Shown: positions 30,604-39,656 of the stretch, in pieces
How the letters are laid out: every line of letters starts with the position of its first letter
Numbering within the stretch: the stretch's first letter is position 1
Origin: an uncultured Spirochaetaceae bacterium
GTDB taxonomy: Bacteria; Spirochaetota; Spirochaetia; Sphaerochaetales; Sphaerochaetaceae
Reading direction: 5' to 3'
Length of the DNA: 60,620 bases
NCBI GenBank assembly: GCA_964457975.1
Contig: CAYWGU010000001.1
Span: forward strand, 1 to 60,620
Translations under genes and position numbers: made by a program
Notes under the pieces: generated by a model
Database searches by the model: none
What the model saw: the letters and a program-made list of their open reading frames with translations, nothing else
Told to the model about the DNA's origin: nothing

Positions 30604-31485
30604 ATGAAAAATGTAGAACTTTTTGAAGAATTATCAAACAATGAGTGTTTTGAAATAGCACAAAAATGGAACACCATTGATGGAATTTATCAAGATCATG
30701 ATATTTCATTTGAAGAAGCTCTAAAGTTTTATAGTTCAATTGATAAATCAAAAAGGGTTATGTTTGTAATGAAAGATTCTTACGTTAAGGATGCTGATAA
30801 TGAATCTTTGTTCTTTACAGAAAATGAAACCATTGATGACTCATTTATTAAAATCACGAATGCATACACAAATAATGATGATATAAATTCTGTAAGATCA
30901 TATCTAACAAACATAAGTGATAGAAATGCAGATAATAAAACGGCTTTTATAAAGATTGCTGCATCTTCTAAGTGGATTATAGAGAATAAAAAAGGGGAAT
31001 CTTCTTTTATTATTGATGGTTCTTATAATCAATATACCAAGAAAATTGCCTTTATCAACATAAATAAAGAATTCTGGGGATTAACTAGCGGTGAGAAACA
31101 TATTTCATCCGCTTATAAAAAATATAGAACAATTCAATTATCCCAAATTATGATAATTGATCCTGGTGTAATAATATTCTGTGGCACCTTTAAGTACTTT
31201 AAAGAAGATTTAAAAAAGTATATAAACATAACTTCATTGCAGATAAAAAACATCAAATATGACAAAAAGGCCAAGCAACTTATCCAATGCTATATATCAA
31301 CAAAAGATTCATCATCTTCATTAATAATAAACACATATCATCCAAGATGGTGGAATAAAAGCACTCCTTATATATTTACTCAAGTAATTAACAAATGGAT
31401 AAATTATGAAGAAGTAGGTCTTAGTGATGATGTACACTTAACTGATAAATTTGATAAATCTGAAAAATACATAGGAAATAATTAA
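30604..31485 (+). CDS. Hypothetical protein (293 aa), no confident family
   Basis: It is a long ORF flanked by 230-bp and 570-bp AT-rich spacers, with a weak RBS. I recognised no motif beyond a vague IAFININK / IIFCGT / YHPRWW pattern. Confidence 0.5.
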   Translation: MKNVELFEELSNNECFEIAQKWNTIDGIYQDHDISFEEALKFYSSIDKSKRVMFVMKDSYVKDADNESLFFTENETIDDSFIKITNAYTNNDDINSVRSYLTNISDRNADNKTAFIKIAASSKWIIENKKGESSFIIDGSYNQYTKKIAFININKEFWGLTSGEKHISSAYKKYRTIQLSQIMIIDPGVIIFCGTFKYFKEDLKKYINITSLQIKNIKYDKKAKQLIQCYISTKDSSSSLIINTYHPRWWNKSTPYIFTQVINKWINYEEVGLSDDVHLTDKFDKSEKYIGNN

Positions 31486-31964
31486 TCTCTTTTATGATTA
31501 TTGAATTTGCTCAATACCCTTCAACCTGAATTGATGATATAATAAGTATATATTTGTATAGTTAAATTATGCGAATATTTATTCTTAATCATATTCAGAC
31601 AAAAAAGAAAAAATATTTTTAGAAGGACCATTCAACTAATAAATGATGTAAATATCTTTATAATTGGAATTAATTACATAATAAACTACTTTTATAGCAG
31701 TTTATTAGTATATCTAAACAAATAATATGCATTAAATAATAATAAGTATGATATAAGAATTTCAAATAATGCTATATTTGTAATATATGTAATATTACCT
31801 TGTGTGAATTGCAATAGAAAAGGTAGTAAAATAGGGTTATAACACAGTTGCAATTTAGTGTTGGTATAATATCAAACAAGAATAAGATTTGATTAATCAT
31901 TGAAAATTTTATGATTAATTGTGGCCTATTACTATCAGTGATTCTATACAAAAACATTAAGAAG

Positions 31965-31980
31965 AAACACTTATAAGTGT
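31965..31980. promoter_or_regulatory. Perfect 16-bp palindrome AACACTTATAAGTGTT overlapping a TATAAT box upstream of the hydrogenase gene
   Basis: The palindrome was read directly from the sequence. TATAAT lies at 31980-31985, 75 nt upstream of the ATG at 32060. Confidence 0.35.
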
Positions 31981-32059
31981 TATAATAGATACAATATGAA
32001 TTAATGGATTATTATTATTATACATGTTCATTCTTCGATATTAAGACAATGGAGATCCA

Positions 32060-33574
32060 ATGAAATACGAATACAAGACTCTTGCATTTATTAGACATAA
32101 GGTTTTTACTGCTGTAAGTAAAATGGCATTTGAAGATAATTTAGAAAACCTTCCAAACATTCCCTATGAAATCATTCCAAATGATGCTCATGGATATCGT
32201 GGTACAGTTTTCCTTGATAGGGCTATTGTTAGTGAACGAATACGTCTTGCGATGGGACTTAACCTTAGAGATAAGGATAAACTTCGTTCTATTTCAGAAG
32301 GTATCGAAAATGCAAATAAACCTTCAAAATACTATGAACCCCCTCTAATTAACATTATCAAGTTTGCTTGTAATGCTTGTCCTGATAATGTTTATGAAGT
32401 AACTGATATGTGCCGTGGATGTCTTGCACATCCTTGTGTTGAAGTATGTCCAAAGAATGCAGTTTCCATAATCAAAGGAAAGAGTGTAATCAACCAAGAT
32501 GATTGTATTCAATGTGGCTTGTGTTATAAGTATTGTCCTTATAATGCTATTATTCATCATCAACGACCTTGTGCTTCTGCTTGTGGAATGGATGCAATCA
32601 CAAGTGATGCAGATGGGAAAGCTGAAATTAATCAAGAATTATGTGTTAGTTGTGGTATGTGTCTTGTTAACTGTCCATTTGGTGCTATAAGTGATAAGAG
32701 TCAAATTTATCAGTTAATTCAAGCCTTAAATGCAAAAGAAGAAGTTATTGCAATTGTAGCACCATCTTATCTTGGTCAGTTTGGACGCAATGTTGGATTC
32801 GATGATTTCAAAAAGTCCTTACTTGAATTAGGGTTTGCAGATGTAGCCGAAGTTGCAGTAGGTGCTGATATTTGTACAATTGAAGAAGCAGATGATTTTC
32901 TTGAAAATGTTCCAAAAAAATTTAAGTTCATGGGAACCTCGTGTTGTCCTTCGTGGTCAATGATGGCTAGAAAGTTATTCCCTGAATATGCACCAAACAT
33001 ATCCATGAGCTTGACTCCTATGGTATTTACAGCACGTTTGATTCGTGAAACACACAAGCATGCTAAAATTGTGTTTGTAGGTCCTTGTAGTGCAAAAAAA
33101 CTTGAAGCATCACGAAGAACTGTTAAATCGGAAGTAGAATTTGTGATCACCTATGAAGAGCTATCAGGAATGTTTGATGGTAAAGATGTTAAGGTGATAG
33201 GTACTGATACCTCAATGAATAATGAAGCAACTGGTGATGGACGTGGATTTGCAGTTGAAGGTGGTGTTGCAAATGCTGTTGCAAACCTAATTGCAAAAGA
33301 TCATCCAGAAATGGAACCAATTAAGATAAAATCTGCCGCTGGACTTAAAGATTGTAGAGATCTATTGAAAGATGCCATAAAAGGCAAATATGATGGTTAT
33401 CTATTAGAAGGCATGGGGTGTCCTGGTGGTTGTGTTGCAGGAGCTGGATGTATTATAAAATCAACTACGGCATCTGCTCAGGTTAAAAAAGCAGTTAAGA
33501 ATTCCGAATTAAAGAATTCTGACGAATCTAAGTATAGTGATAAAATATACTTAATTGAAGATTATAAAAACTAA
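32060..33574 (+). CDS. [FeFe] hydrogenase, monomeric group-B-type, with ferredoxin-like 4Fe-4S domains
   Basis: Several CxxCxxCxxxCP-type clusters are present. The H-cluster motifs are TSCCPSW, PCSAKKLE and EGMGCPGGCVAG. Confidence 0.8.
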   Translation: MKYEYKTLAFIRHKVFTAVSKMAFEDNLENLPNIPYEIIPNDAHGYRGTVFLDRAIVSERIRLAMGLNLRDKDKLRSISEGIENANKPSKYYEPPLINIIKFACNACPDNVYEVTDMCRGCLAHPCVEVCPKNAVSIIKGKSVINQDDCIQCGLCYKYCPYNAIIHHQRPCASACGMDAITSDADGKAEINQELCVSCGMCLVNCPFGAISDKSQIYQLIQALNAKEEVIAIVAPSYLGQFGRNVGFDDFKKSLLELGFADVAEVAVGADICTIEEADDFLENVPKKFKFMGTSCCPSWSMMARKLFPEYAPNISMSLTPMVFTARLIRETHKHAKIVFVGPCSAKKLEASRRTVKSEVEFVITYEELSGMFDGKDVKVIGTDTSMNNEATGDGRGFAVEGGVANAVANLIAKDHPEMEPIKIKSAAGLKDCRDLLKDAIKGKYDGYLLEGMGCPGGCVAGAGCIIKSTTASAQVKKAVKNSELKNSDESKYSDKIYLIEDYKN

Positions 33575-33585
33575 TTTAATAGGGG

Positions 33586-33622
33586 ATGAACTATAGTAGA
33601 AATATTATAGTTCATTTATTTA
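33586..33622 (+). terminator. Rho-independent terminator of the hydrogenase gene
   Basis: A 10-bp stem ATGAACTATA/TATAGTTCAT is followed by TTATTT. Confidence 0.65.
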
Positions 33623-33699
33623 AATTCCATTAAATAGTTAAAATATGATCATTAAATATATCGAAAAAGACCATTACATATAGTAGTATCTCCAACAGT

Positions 33700-33749
33700 A
33701 TCCTCTTATAGCAGATAAATTGGCTTATAAGCTATTGTTATAAGAGGAT
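33700..33749 (+). promoter_or_regulatory. Leader hairpin immediately 5' of the brnQ RBS
   Basis: An 11-bp perfect stem ATCCTCTTATA/TATAAGAGGAT encloses a second palindrome, GCTTATAAGC. It is followed by TTTT and AAGGAG. Confidence 0.4.
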
Positions 33750-33766
33750 TTTAAGGAGTTACTCGT

Positions 33767-35047
33767 TTGTCCAATAAGAAAAGTAATAAGACCATTATTT
33801 TGGGTATAACATTGTTAACAATGTTTTTTGGAGCGGGAAATTTAATATTCCCATCGTTTGTTGGCTTTGAGAGTAGAGCTAATTTTATTCCTGCATTTAT
33901 GGGTTTTGCAGTAACATCAATATTGCTTCCAAGGATAGGTATCAATGTAATAGTAAAAAGAAATGGACTAAAAAAATTAGGTGATACAATTTCTCCCTGG
34001 TTTTCTTCTCTTCTCTTTTAACTTTTCTAATATATATTGCAATTGGACCATTTCTTGCAATTCCAAGAACAAGTAGCACCTCCTTCTCTATTGCAGTTGA
34101 ACCTTTCATTAAAGATGATTTAAATCTTCAGTTATTAATTATTTTGTATTCAATTGTGTTTTTACACCATTGGTTTTTATTGCTTTCAAACCAAATAAAT
34201 TATCCAACATATTGGGAATATTAATAGCTCCTTTGCTTATATTCCTTATCGTTGTAATATTTTTTTCTACTATTTTTAATGGTGTTGATTCCTCAACCAT
34301 GGCTATAAGTAATAGATATGCATCAAATTCCTTTTTTAAAGGATTCTTTGATGGTTATCAAACAATGGACACAATTGCAGCCTTGAACTTTGGCATCATC
34401 TTTTTGGTTAATGTTAAAGCTATGGGGTTTACTGATTTCAAAGATCAAAAAAAGATAACTCTTAAAGCCTCCTTAATTGCAGGTGTGCTGTTAGTTGTAA
34501 TATATTTATTTTGGGATTAATTGGCAAGGTTACAGCAATGAAATATGCTTTTAATGGAACAGAAATATTAACATATGCTGTTCAAACAAAGCTTGGTATT
34601 TCTGGCATGATTGTTCTTGCCGTGGTATTTGTACTTGCATGTTTTAATACTTGTACCACTTTAATTACCTGTGTTGGTGAATACTCAACTACAATAATTT
34701 CAAGCATATCCTACAAAAAGTGAGTTGTGCTCTTTGCAGTATCAAGTGCAATAATTTCTAATGCTGGATTAAATGCGATACTTAAATTCTCTATTACTGT
34801 ATTGAGCGCCATCTATCCTCTTTCTATTACCTTGATTATAATTGGATTGTTTAATTTGGACGGAAAGGACTCTTTTAGAATAGCTAGAAAAAGCATGATG
34901 GTTTTTGTAGCACTGTTTAGTGTTATTCCTGTGGTTTTGAATATATTCCATGCTTCTGATTTATTTGATGCATTTCCTCTTAATGAAATAGGGCTGGCTT
35001 GGGTTCTACTTGAAATCATAGGGTTGCTAACTGGATATCTTTTTTAA
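33767..35047 (+). pseudogene. brnQ: Branched-chain amino acid transport system II carrier (LIVCS family), disrupted
   Basis: BrnQ-like TM segments (MFFGAGNLIFP..., AIGPFLAIPRTSSTSF...) are spread over at least 4 ORF fragments in different frames. Frameshifts lie near 34020, 34150 and 34510, and an in-frame TGA lies at 34721-34723. Confidence 0.8.
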
Positions 35048-35105
35048 AAGATATTTACCAAAGATGATGCTAAAATTTAAATAATTAGAAAGTTTTATAA
35101 TCAAT

Positions 35106-35128
35106 AAAGCTCCATTCGATGGAGCTTT
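35106..35128. terminator. Bidirectional hairpin terminator between brnQ and the LacI-family gene
   Basis: A 10-bp perfect stem AAAGCTCCAT/ATGGAGCTTT has a 3-nt loop, with A/T runs on both sides. Confidence 0.6.
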
Positions 35129-35157
35129 ATTAAGTTGTTTTTTTACCAAATAATTTA

Positions 35158-36174
35158 CTATTCAGGTATATTTTCTTTTAATATAATTGATATGGGAATA
35201 TGGGATGTTGCAACTGTATCAGCTCGCTTCATTATTTTTATTCGAAATATCTCTTGCATGGTATTATAACCTTGCATTTCAGGTTGTTGGGAAATAAGGG
35301 CATCTATATTTCCTTTTTTTAATTGTTCTAAATTTTTTTCAAGAATATCAAATCCTATAACACTTGGATAATAGGCTAAATTCTTTTTAGATAGGTAATC
35401 TGCAAGAATACCTGTTGCAGAATTTGTCATGAAAATTCCATCAATTGTAGGAATTTCTAAAAACAATGAATCAATAAAAGAATGAAACAATTCATCATTA
35501 TCTTCACTCCAGATATAAGGAATTACAGTTGCTTGCTTATCTTCAAAGTAATCAATAAAACCTTGTTGGCGACGTTGTAGGTTATATGCCGTACTATGCA
35601 TCTGAAGTGATATGAAGGTCTTCTTACCAGGTTTGAATAATTCAATAACTCTTGCTCCACAAATTCCAGCTTTATATGGATCTTGTATGTTTTCTGTTAT
35701 AGGTGTTGTATTGCTCAAAGGAGAATCAAAGAAAGCATATGGTATGCCATCTAGCATATTAATCAATTGATAAGATTCACTTTGGACAATAGGAGAAAAG
35801 GCCAATACATCAATATTGCTATCAATCAATTCCTTACCTTTTGAGGATAAATCTCCTCTTATCATACGATCAAATTCTTTTGTAATGATTTCTACTGAGA
35901 AAGCTGAAATCTCATTTATTGCTTTTTTAATACCACCATAACATTTTGTCCAGTATCCTTCTTCACTACTTAATAAAGGAATCAAAATACCAATCTTCAA
36001 AGTTTTACCTTTTTTAAGATTGCTTGCAATTATATTAGGCTTATAGTCTGATTCTTTTATTATTTTATCTATCTTCTTTTTTGTATCTGGTGCAACACGC
36101 CCTCTGTTGTGAATTACTCGGTCTACAGTACCAATTGAAACACCTGCAAGTTCTGCTATTTCTGAAATTTTCAT
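35158..36174 (-). CDS. LacI-family transcriptional regulator
   Basis: The N-terminal HTH is MKISEIAELAGVSIGTVDRVIHNRG. It is followed by a PBP-like sugar-binding domain. Confidence 0.85.
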   Translation of the reverse strand: MKISEIAELAGVSIGTVDRVIHNRGRVAPDTKKKIDKIIKESDYKPNIIASNLKKGKTLKIGILIPLLSSEEGYWTKCYGGIKKAINEISAFSVEIITKEFDRMIRGDLSSKGKELIDSNIDVLAFSPIVQSESYQLINMLDGIPYAFFDSPLSNTTPITENIQDPYKAGICGARVIELFKPGKKTFISLQMHSTAYNLQRRQQGFIDYFEDKQATVIPYIWSEDNDELFHSFIDSLFLEIPTIDGIFMTNSATGILADYLSKKNLAYYPSVIGFDILEKNLEQLKKGNIDALISQQPEMQGYNTMQEIFRIKIMKRADTVATSHIPISIILKENIPE

Positions 36175-36639
36175 TAATTTTCCTAAACATATTTAATCTA
36201 ATTATCCAATATTATATTGCAATTACATATAATACAATATGATATTATACTACAAACCAAATCAAAAATATACCAACAGAAAAAATGAATTTTTACAAAA
36301 AAGAATGCTGTAATTAATATAAATATTAGTTCAAATAATTGATGTATATTTGTGTAATACTCAATATTGGTATAATATTTTACGTAATAACTTATTATAT
36401 TTTATCAAACTTGATATTACATAAATGTTATATTTAATACACATTTGTAAATTATATTTGACGAAATAAGTTTCAAGGCTTTTATATTAAAAATTTATAC
36501 TTAACCAATTTTTAGTATAAATTTATATAATTTCAATTATTTCATCTTTAAACGAATAAATACACAATATCATAAATTTATTTTGTTTTTAATGGACAAA
36601 TATTTGTTACCTATTATACTAAATAATACGGAGGAATTT

Positions 36640-38268
36640 ATGAAAAAAATAAATCGCACAATAATTTTCTTAACTGTTCTATTAAGTTTGGCTCTTGTTG
36701 GTTGTAAGACAAAAGCACCTGTAGCACAAGAAGGAATGCAGGTTGTAAAAACAACTGTACAAGAAACAGTTGGAACAGAAGTAACAATGGACACTACATC
36801 AACCGCTGATGAAGTAAACATTTTATACTTCAATGACTTCCATGGTAATGTTGCAGAAGATGTATCTGATTGGGGAAAAAACATCGGTATGGCAAAAATG
36901 GTAAGTTATGCAAATGATGCTAAAAGCACACTTTCAAATACATTTGTAGTATCTGGTGGTGATAACTATCAAGGAACAGCTGTATCAAACCTAACATATG
37001 GTGCACCAGTTTCAACAATGTTTAAGAGTTTAAATGTACCTTTTAGTTCAGTGGGTAACCATGAATTTGATTGGGGCGTTAAGCACATTACAACATGGCA
37101 AGAAGATGGTGGTTTTACATTCCTTGCTGCAAATATTGTAGATGAAGAAACAGGAAAACCTGTATCATGGGCAAAACCTTATGGCTTTGTAAACATTGGT
37201 CAATATAAGATTGCTTTTGTTGGTTTGGCTCATCCAAATACATCAACATTAACATCTGCTGCAAATGTAGAAGGACTTGAATTCACAGATCCTGCACTAG
37301 CTTGTCAAGAATGGGTTAACTATTTAAGAGAAGGACATGCAGAAGAAGGAACCCCTGATGCAATTATTGCTTTAACTCACATTGATTCAGCTCAAAATCG
37401 TGATACTGGTGAGATAACCGGTAATGCATGTGATTTAACAACTGTTGATGGTCTTGATGCTATATTAAGTGCTCACTCACATCAAACTGTTAGTGGAACT
37501 GTTAATGGCATGCCAATTATTCAGGCTTACAAATATGGCAGATCAATTGGTCGTTTGACAATCAAATTCAATGCTGATAAATCAATTGCATCAATTACTC
37601 CTATGGTAGATCCTGTTTATAAAATAAAGAGCAATATAATACCTGATGAAAAGAGTGCAGAAAGTCTTGCAATAGTTGAAGCTGAAACTGTTGAAATTAC
37701 TGGTGAAGTACTTGGAACAGCAGCAGCTCAATTCACTCATGACCGATCAACAAATAATGTTACTAAATTGGGTTATTGGTTCTGTAAATTACAGGCTGAA
37801 GAATTTGGAACACAAGTTGCAATAAACAATGGTGGTGGATTTAGACGAAGTCTTGAAAAGGGCACAGTAACAATGGGTGATGCTTATGAAATAATGCCTT
37901 TTGATAACTATGTAATTACATTTGATCTTCCTGGATCAGACCTTAAAGCTGCAATCGATCATGGAATTGAAAACCCTGAAATCACAGATGGCGCATTCTA
38001 TGGTGTTATCGTTGAATATGATCCAACAGCTGAATTTGAACATAGAATTACATCAATAACAATAAATGATGGTACACCTGTTGAAGATGATACATTATAT
38101 TCTGTTTCATGTAATAACTTTATGTTTACCGGTGGTGATAGCTATAACTTTAAAAATGCAACAAACGTTGTTGAAACATACATTCCATTAAGAGATATAA
38201 TGGTAGATGCATTTAAAACTCAAGGTGTCATTGCACCATTAGATGTCAATTGTATTACAGCAAAATAA
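36640..38268 (+). CDS. 5'-nucleotidase / metallophosphoesterase-family lipoprotein (UshA/CpdB-like)
   Basis: The metallophosphatase motifs are NDFHGN, GGDNYQGT, GNHEFD, LTHID and SAHSH. A C-terminal 5'-nucleotidase domain follows. The lipobox is LALVGC. The start was moved to the ATG at 36640, after GGAGGA. Confidence 0.8.
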   Translation: MKKINRTIIFLTVLLSLALVGCKTKAPVAQEGMQVVKTTVQETVGTEVTMDTTSTADEVNILYFNDFHGNVAEDVSDWGKNIGMAKMVSYANDAKSTLSNTFVVSGGDNYQGTAVSNLTYGAPVSTMFKSLNVPFSSVGNHEFDWGVKHITTWQEDGGFTFLAANIVDEETGKPVSWAKPYGFVNIGQYKIAFVGLAHPNTSTLTSAANVEGLEFTDPALACQEWVNYLREGHAEEGTPDAIIALTHIDSAQNRDTGEITGNACDLTTVDGLDAILSAHSHQTVSGTVNGMPIIQAYKYGRSIGRLTIKFNADKSIASITPMVDPVYKIKSNIIPDEKSAESLAIVEAETVEITGEVLGTAAAQFTHDRSTNNVTKLGYWFCKLQAEEFGTQVAINNGGGFRRSLEKGTVTMGDAYEIMPFDNYVITFDLPGSDLKAAIDHGIENPEITDGAFYGVIVEYDPTAEFEHRITSITINDGTPVEDDTLYSVSCNNFMFTGGDSYNFKNATNVVETYIPLRDIMVDAFKTQGVIAPLDVNCITAK

Positions 38269-38299
38269 TACTAAAAGAATTTAATTAATAATTAATTGG

Positions 38300-38319
38300 T
38301 GGGTACTGAAAGGTACCCA
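38300..38319 (+). terminator. Putative terminator hairpin
   Basis: The stem is TGGGTAC/GTACCCA with a 6-nt loop. The downstream T-run is weak. Confidence 0.35.
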
Positions 38320-38402
38320 TCTCTTATATAGATTATAATTCATCAAAAACTAAAAATAATTGTGTTATAATAAAAAATAACAAAAGTGGGAGAACTTTAA
38401 TT

Positions 38403-39572
38403 ATGAAATACAAAAATTTAACATTTATTATGTTTCTTTTACTGAGCTTATCAATGTTTTCATTGTATGCTTCTGATAACACAGAACTTGGTGAATACTA
38501 TGATGAGAGCATGAATGAAAAAGAGGATATTGTTAAAGCAAGGGTTATTGATGTTATTTTTGATGATACAGATGAAATTAGAGATGATATTCCAATTGAA
38601 TCTGACTTTAGGGTTCAACATCTTGAAATTGAAATAACATCAGGTACTCATAAAGGTGAAACCTATAAAATACAAAATCAAATCCAAATGGCAATGCCGT
38701 TTAAAATAATATGCGACAAGAATGATAAAATATTGATCCAAGTAGATTATGATGAATCAGGAGCTATCTCAAATCTAATAATCTATGATAGAAATAGATC
38801 AGCTGTTATCTATTTTTGTCTAATATCATTTATTGTTTTAATTCTATTAATTGGAAGAAAACAGGGCTTAAAATCTCTTATTAGCTTGATAATAACAATT
38901 GCTTTAATCTTTTGTGTTTTCCTTCCGTTAATAATAAAAGGATACTCTCCCTTAATATCATCCTTTGTTATCTGTGTTGTTGCAACATTAATAACACTTC
39001 TAACAATAGCAGGGGTAAATCAAAAAAGCTTTAGTGCAATACTTGGAACACTCAGTGGAACTTTATGTGCAATGCTATTTGCAATTATTGCAGGTAAGAT
39101 GGCTCAACTTACAGGCCTTGGTAATGAAGAAGCTCAGATGCTAGCTTTTATTCCACAACATAGTAATATTAACTATCAATCTCTTTTATTTTCAGGAATT
39201 GCAATTGGAGCCCTAGGTGCGGTTATGGATACAGCCCTATCAATCAGCAGCTCCATGACGGAAATAATTAATAACAATAAAAATATTAGCATCGGTGATT
39301 TAAGAAAAAGTGGAATGACCATAGGACGAGATATAATAGGGTCTATGAGCAATACTTTGATTCTAGCTTATACTAGTACAAACCTTCCTTTAATTCTTTT
39401 ACTTATATTATTCAATACAAAGGCCAAAAATGTAATGAATCTTGATGTAATTGCATCTGAAATATTAAGAGCAACTGCTGGTTCAATTGGTTTAATTTTA
39501 ACAATTCCTCTAACTGTGTTTGTTATGTGCTTTTTTGAATCTAGAAATCGGTCAAATACTAATTCAAAATAA
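38403..39572 (+). CDS. YibE/F-family membrane protein
   Basis: It has a signal/anchor, a ~120-aa extracytoplasmic domain and then 6-7 TM helices, as in Pfam YibE_F. Confidence 0.55.
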   Translation: MKYKNLTFIMFLLLSLSMFSLYASDNTELGEYYDESMNEKEDIVKARVIDVIFDDTDEIRDDIPIESDFRVQHLEIEITSGTHKGETYKIQNQIQMAMPFKIICDKNDKILIQVDYDESGAISNLIIYDRNRSAVIYFCLISFIVLILLIGRKQGLKSLISLIITIALIFCVFLPLIIKGYSPLISSFVICVVATLITLLTIAGVNQKSFSAILGTLSGTLCAMLFAIIAGKMAQLTGLGNEEAQMLAFIPQHSNINYQSLLFSGIAIGALGAVMDTALSISSSMTEIINNNKNISIGDLRKSGMTIGRDIIGSMSNTLILAYTSTNLPLILLLILFNTKAKNVMNLDVIASEILRATAGSIGLILTIPLTVFVMCFFESRNRSNTNSK

Positions 39573-39619
39573 ATAAAATTTTTAATCAATTATTATAGTA
39601 AATGCATTATAATGTTATC

Positions 39620-39632
39620 TGTTAACGAACAC
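39620..39632. promoter_or_regulatory. Candidate ara operator, site 1 (TGTTAACGAACAC)
   Basis: It lies just downstream of a TATAAT box (39608-39613) in front of the kinase pseudogene. The same 13-mer family occurs at 44127 and 44481. Confidence 0.5.
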
Positions 39633-39656
39633 GCATTATTATAATATGGATTTCAC

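Noticed and set aside
31840-31900. A Rex-box-like sequence (TTGTGTGAATTGCAA) and an AATTGCAA/TTGCAATT inverted repeat lie upstream of the hydrogenase gene.
   Set aside because: Only one half-site resembles the Rex consensus. The inverted repeat is AT-rich with a long spacer, so the evidence for a Rex site is insufficient.
33575-33766. I looked for a T-box riboswitch upstream of brnQ.
   Set aside because: There is no T-box consensus (AATTAGGGTGGTACCGCG-like) and no recognisable specifier loop. Only generic hairpins are present.
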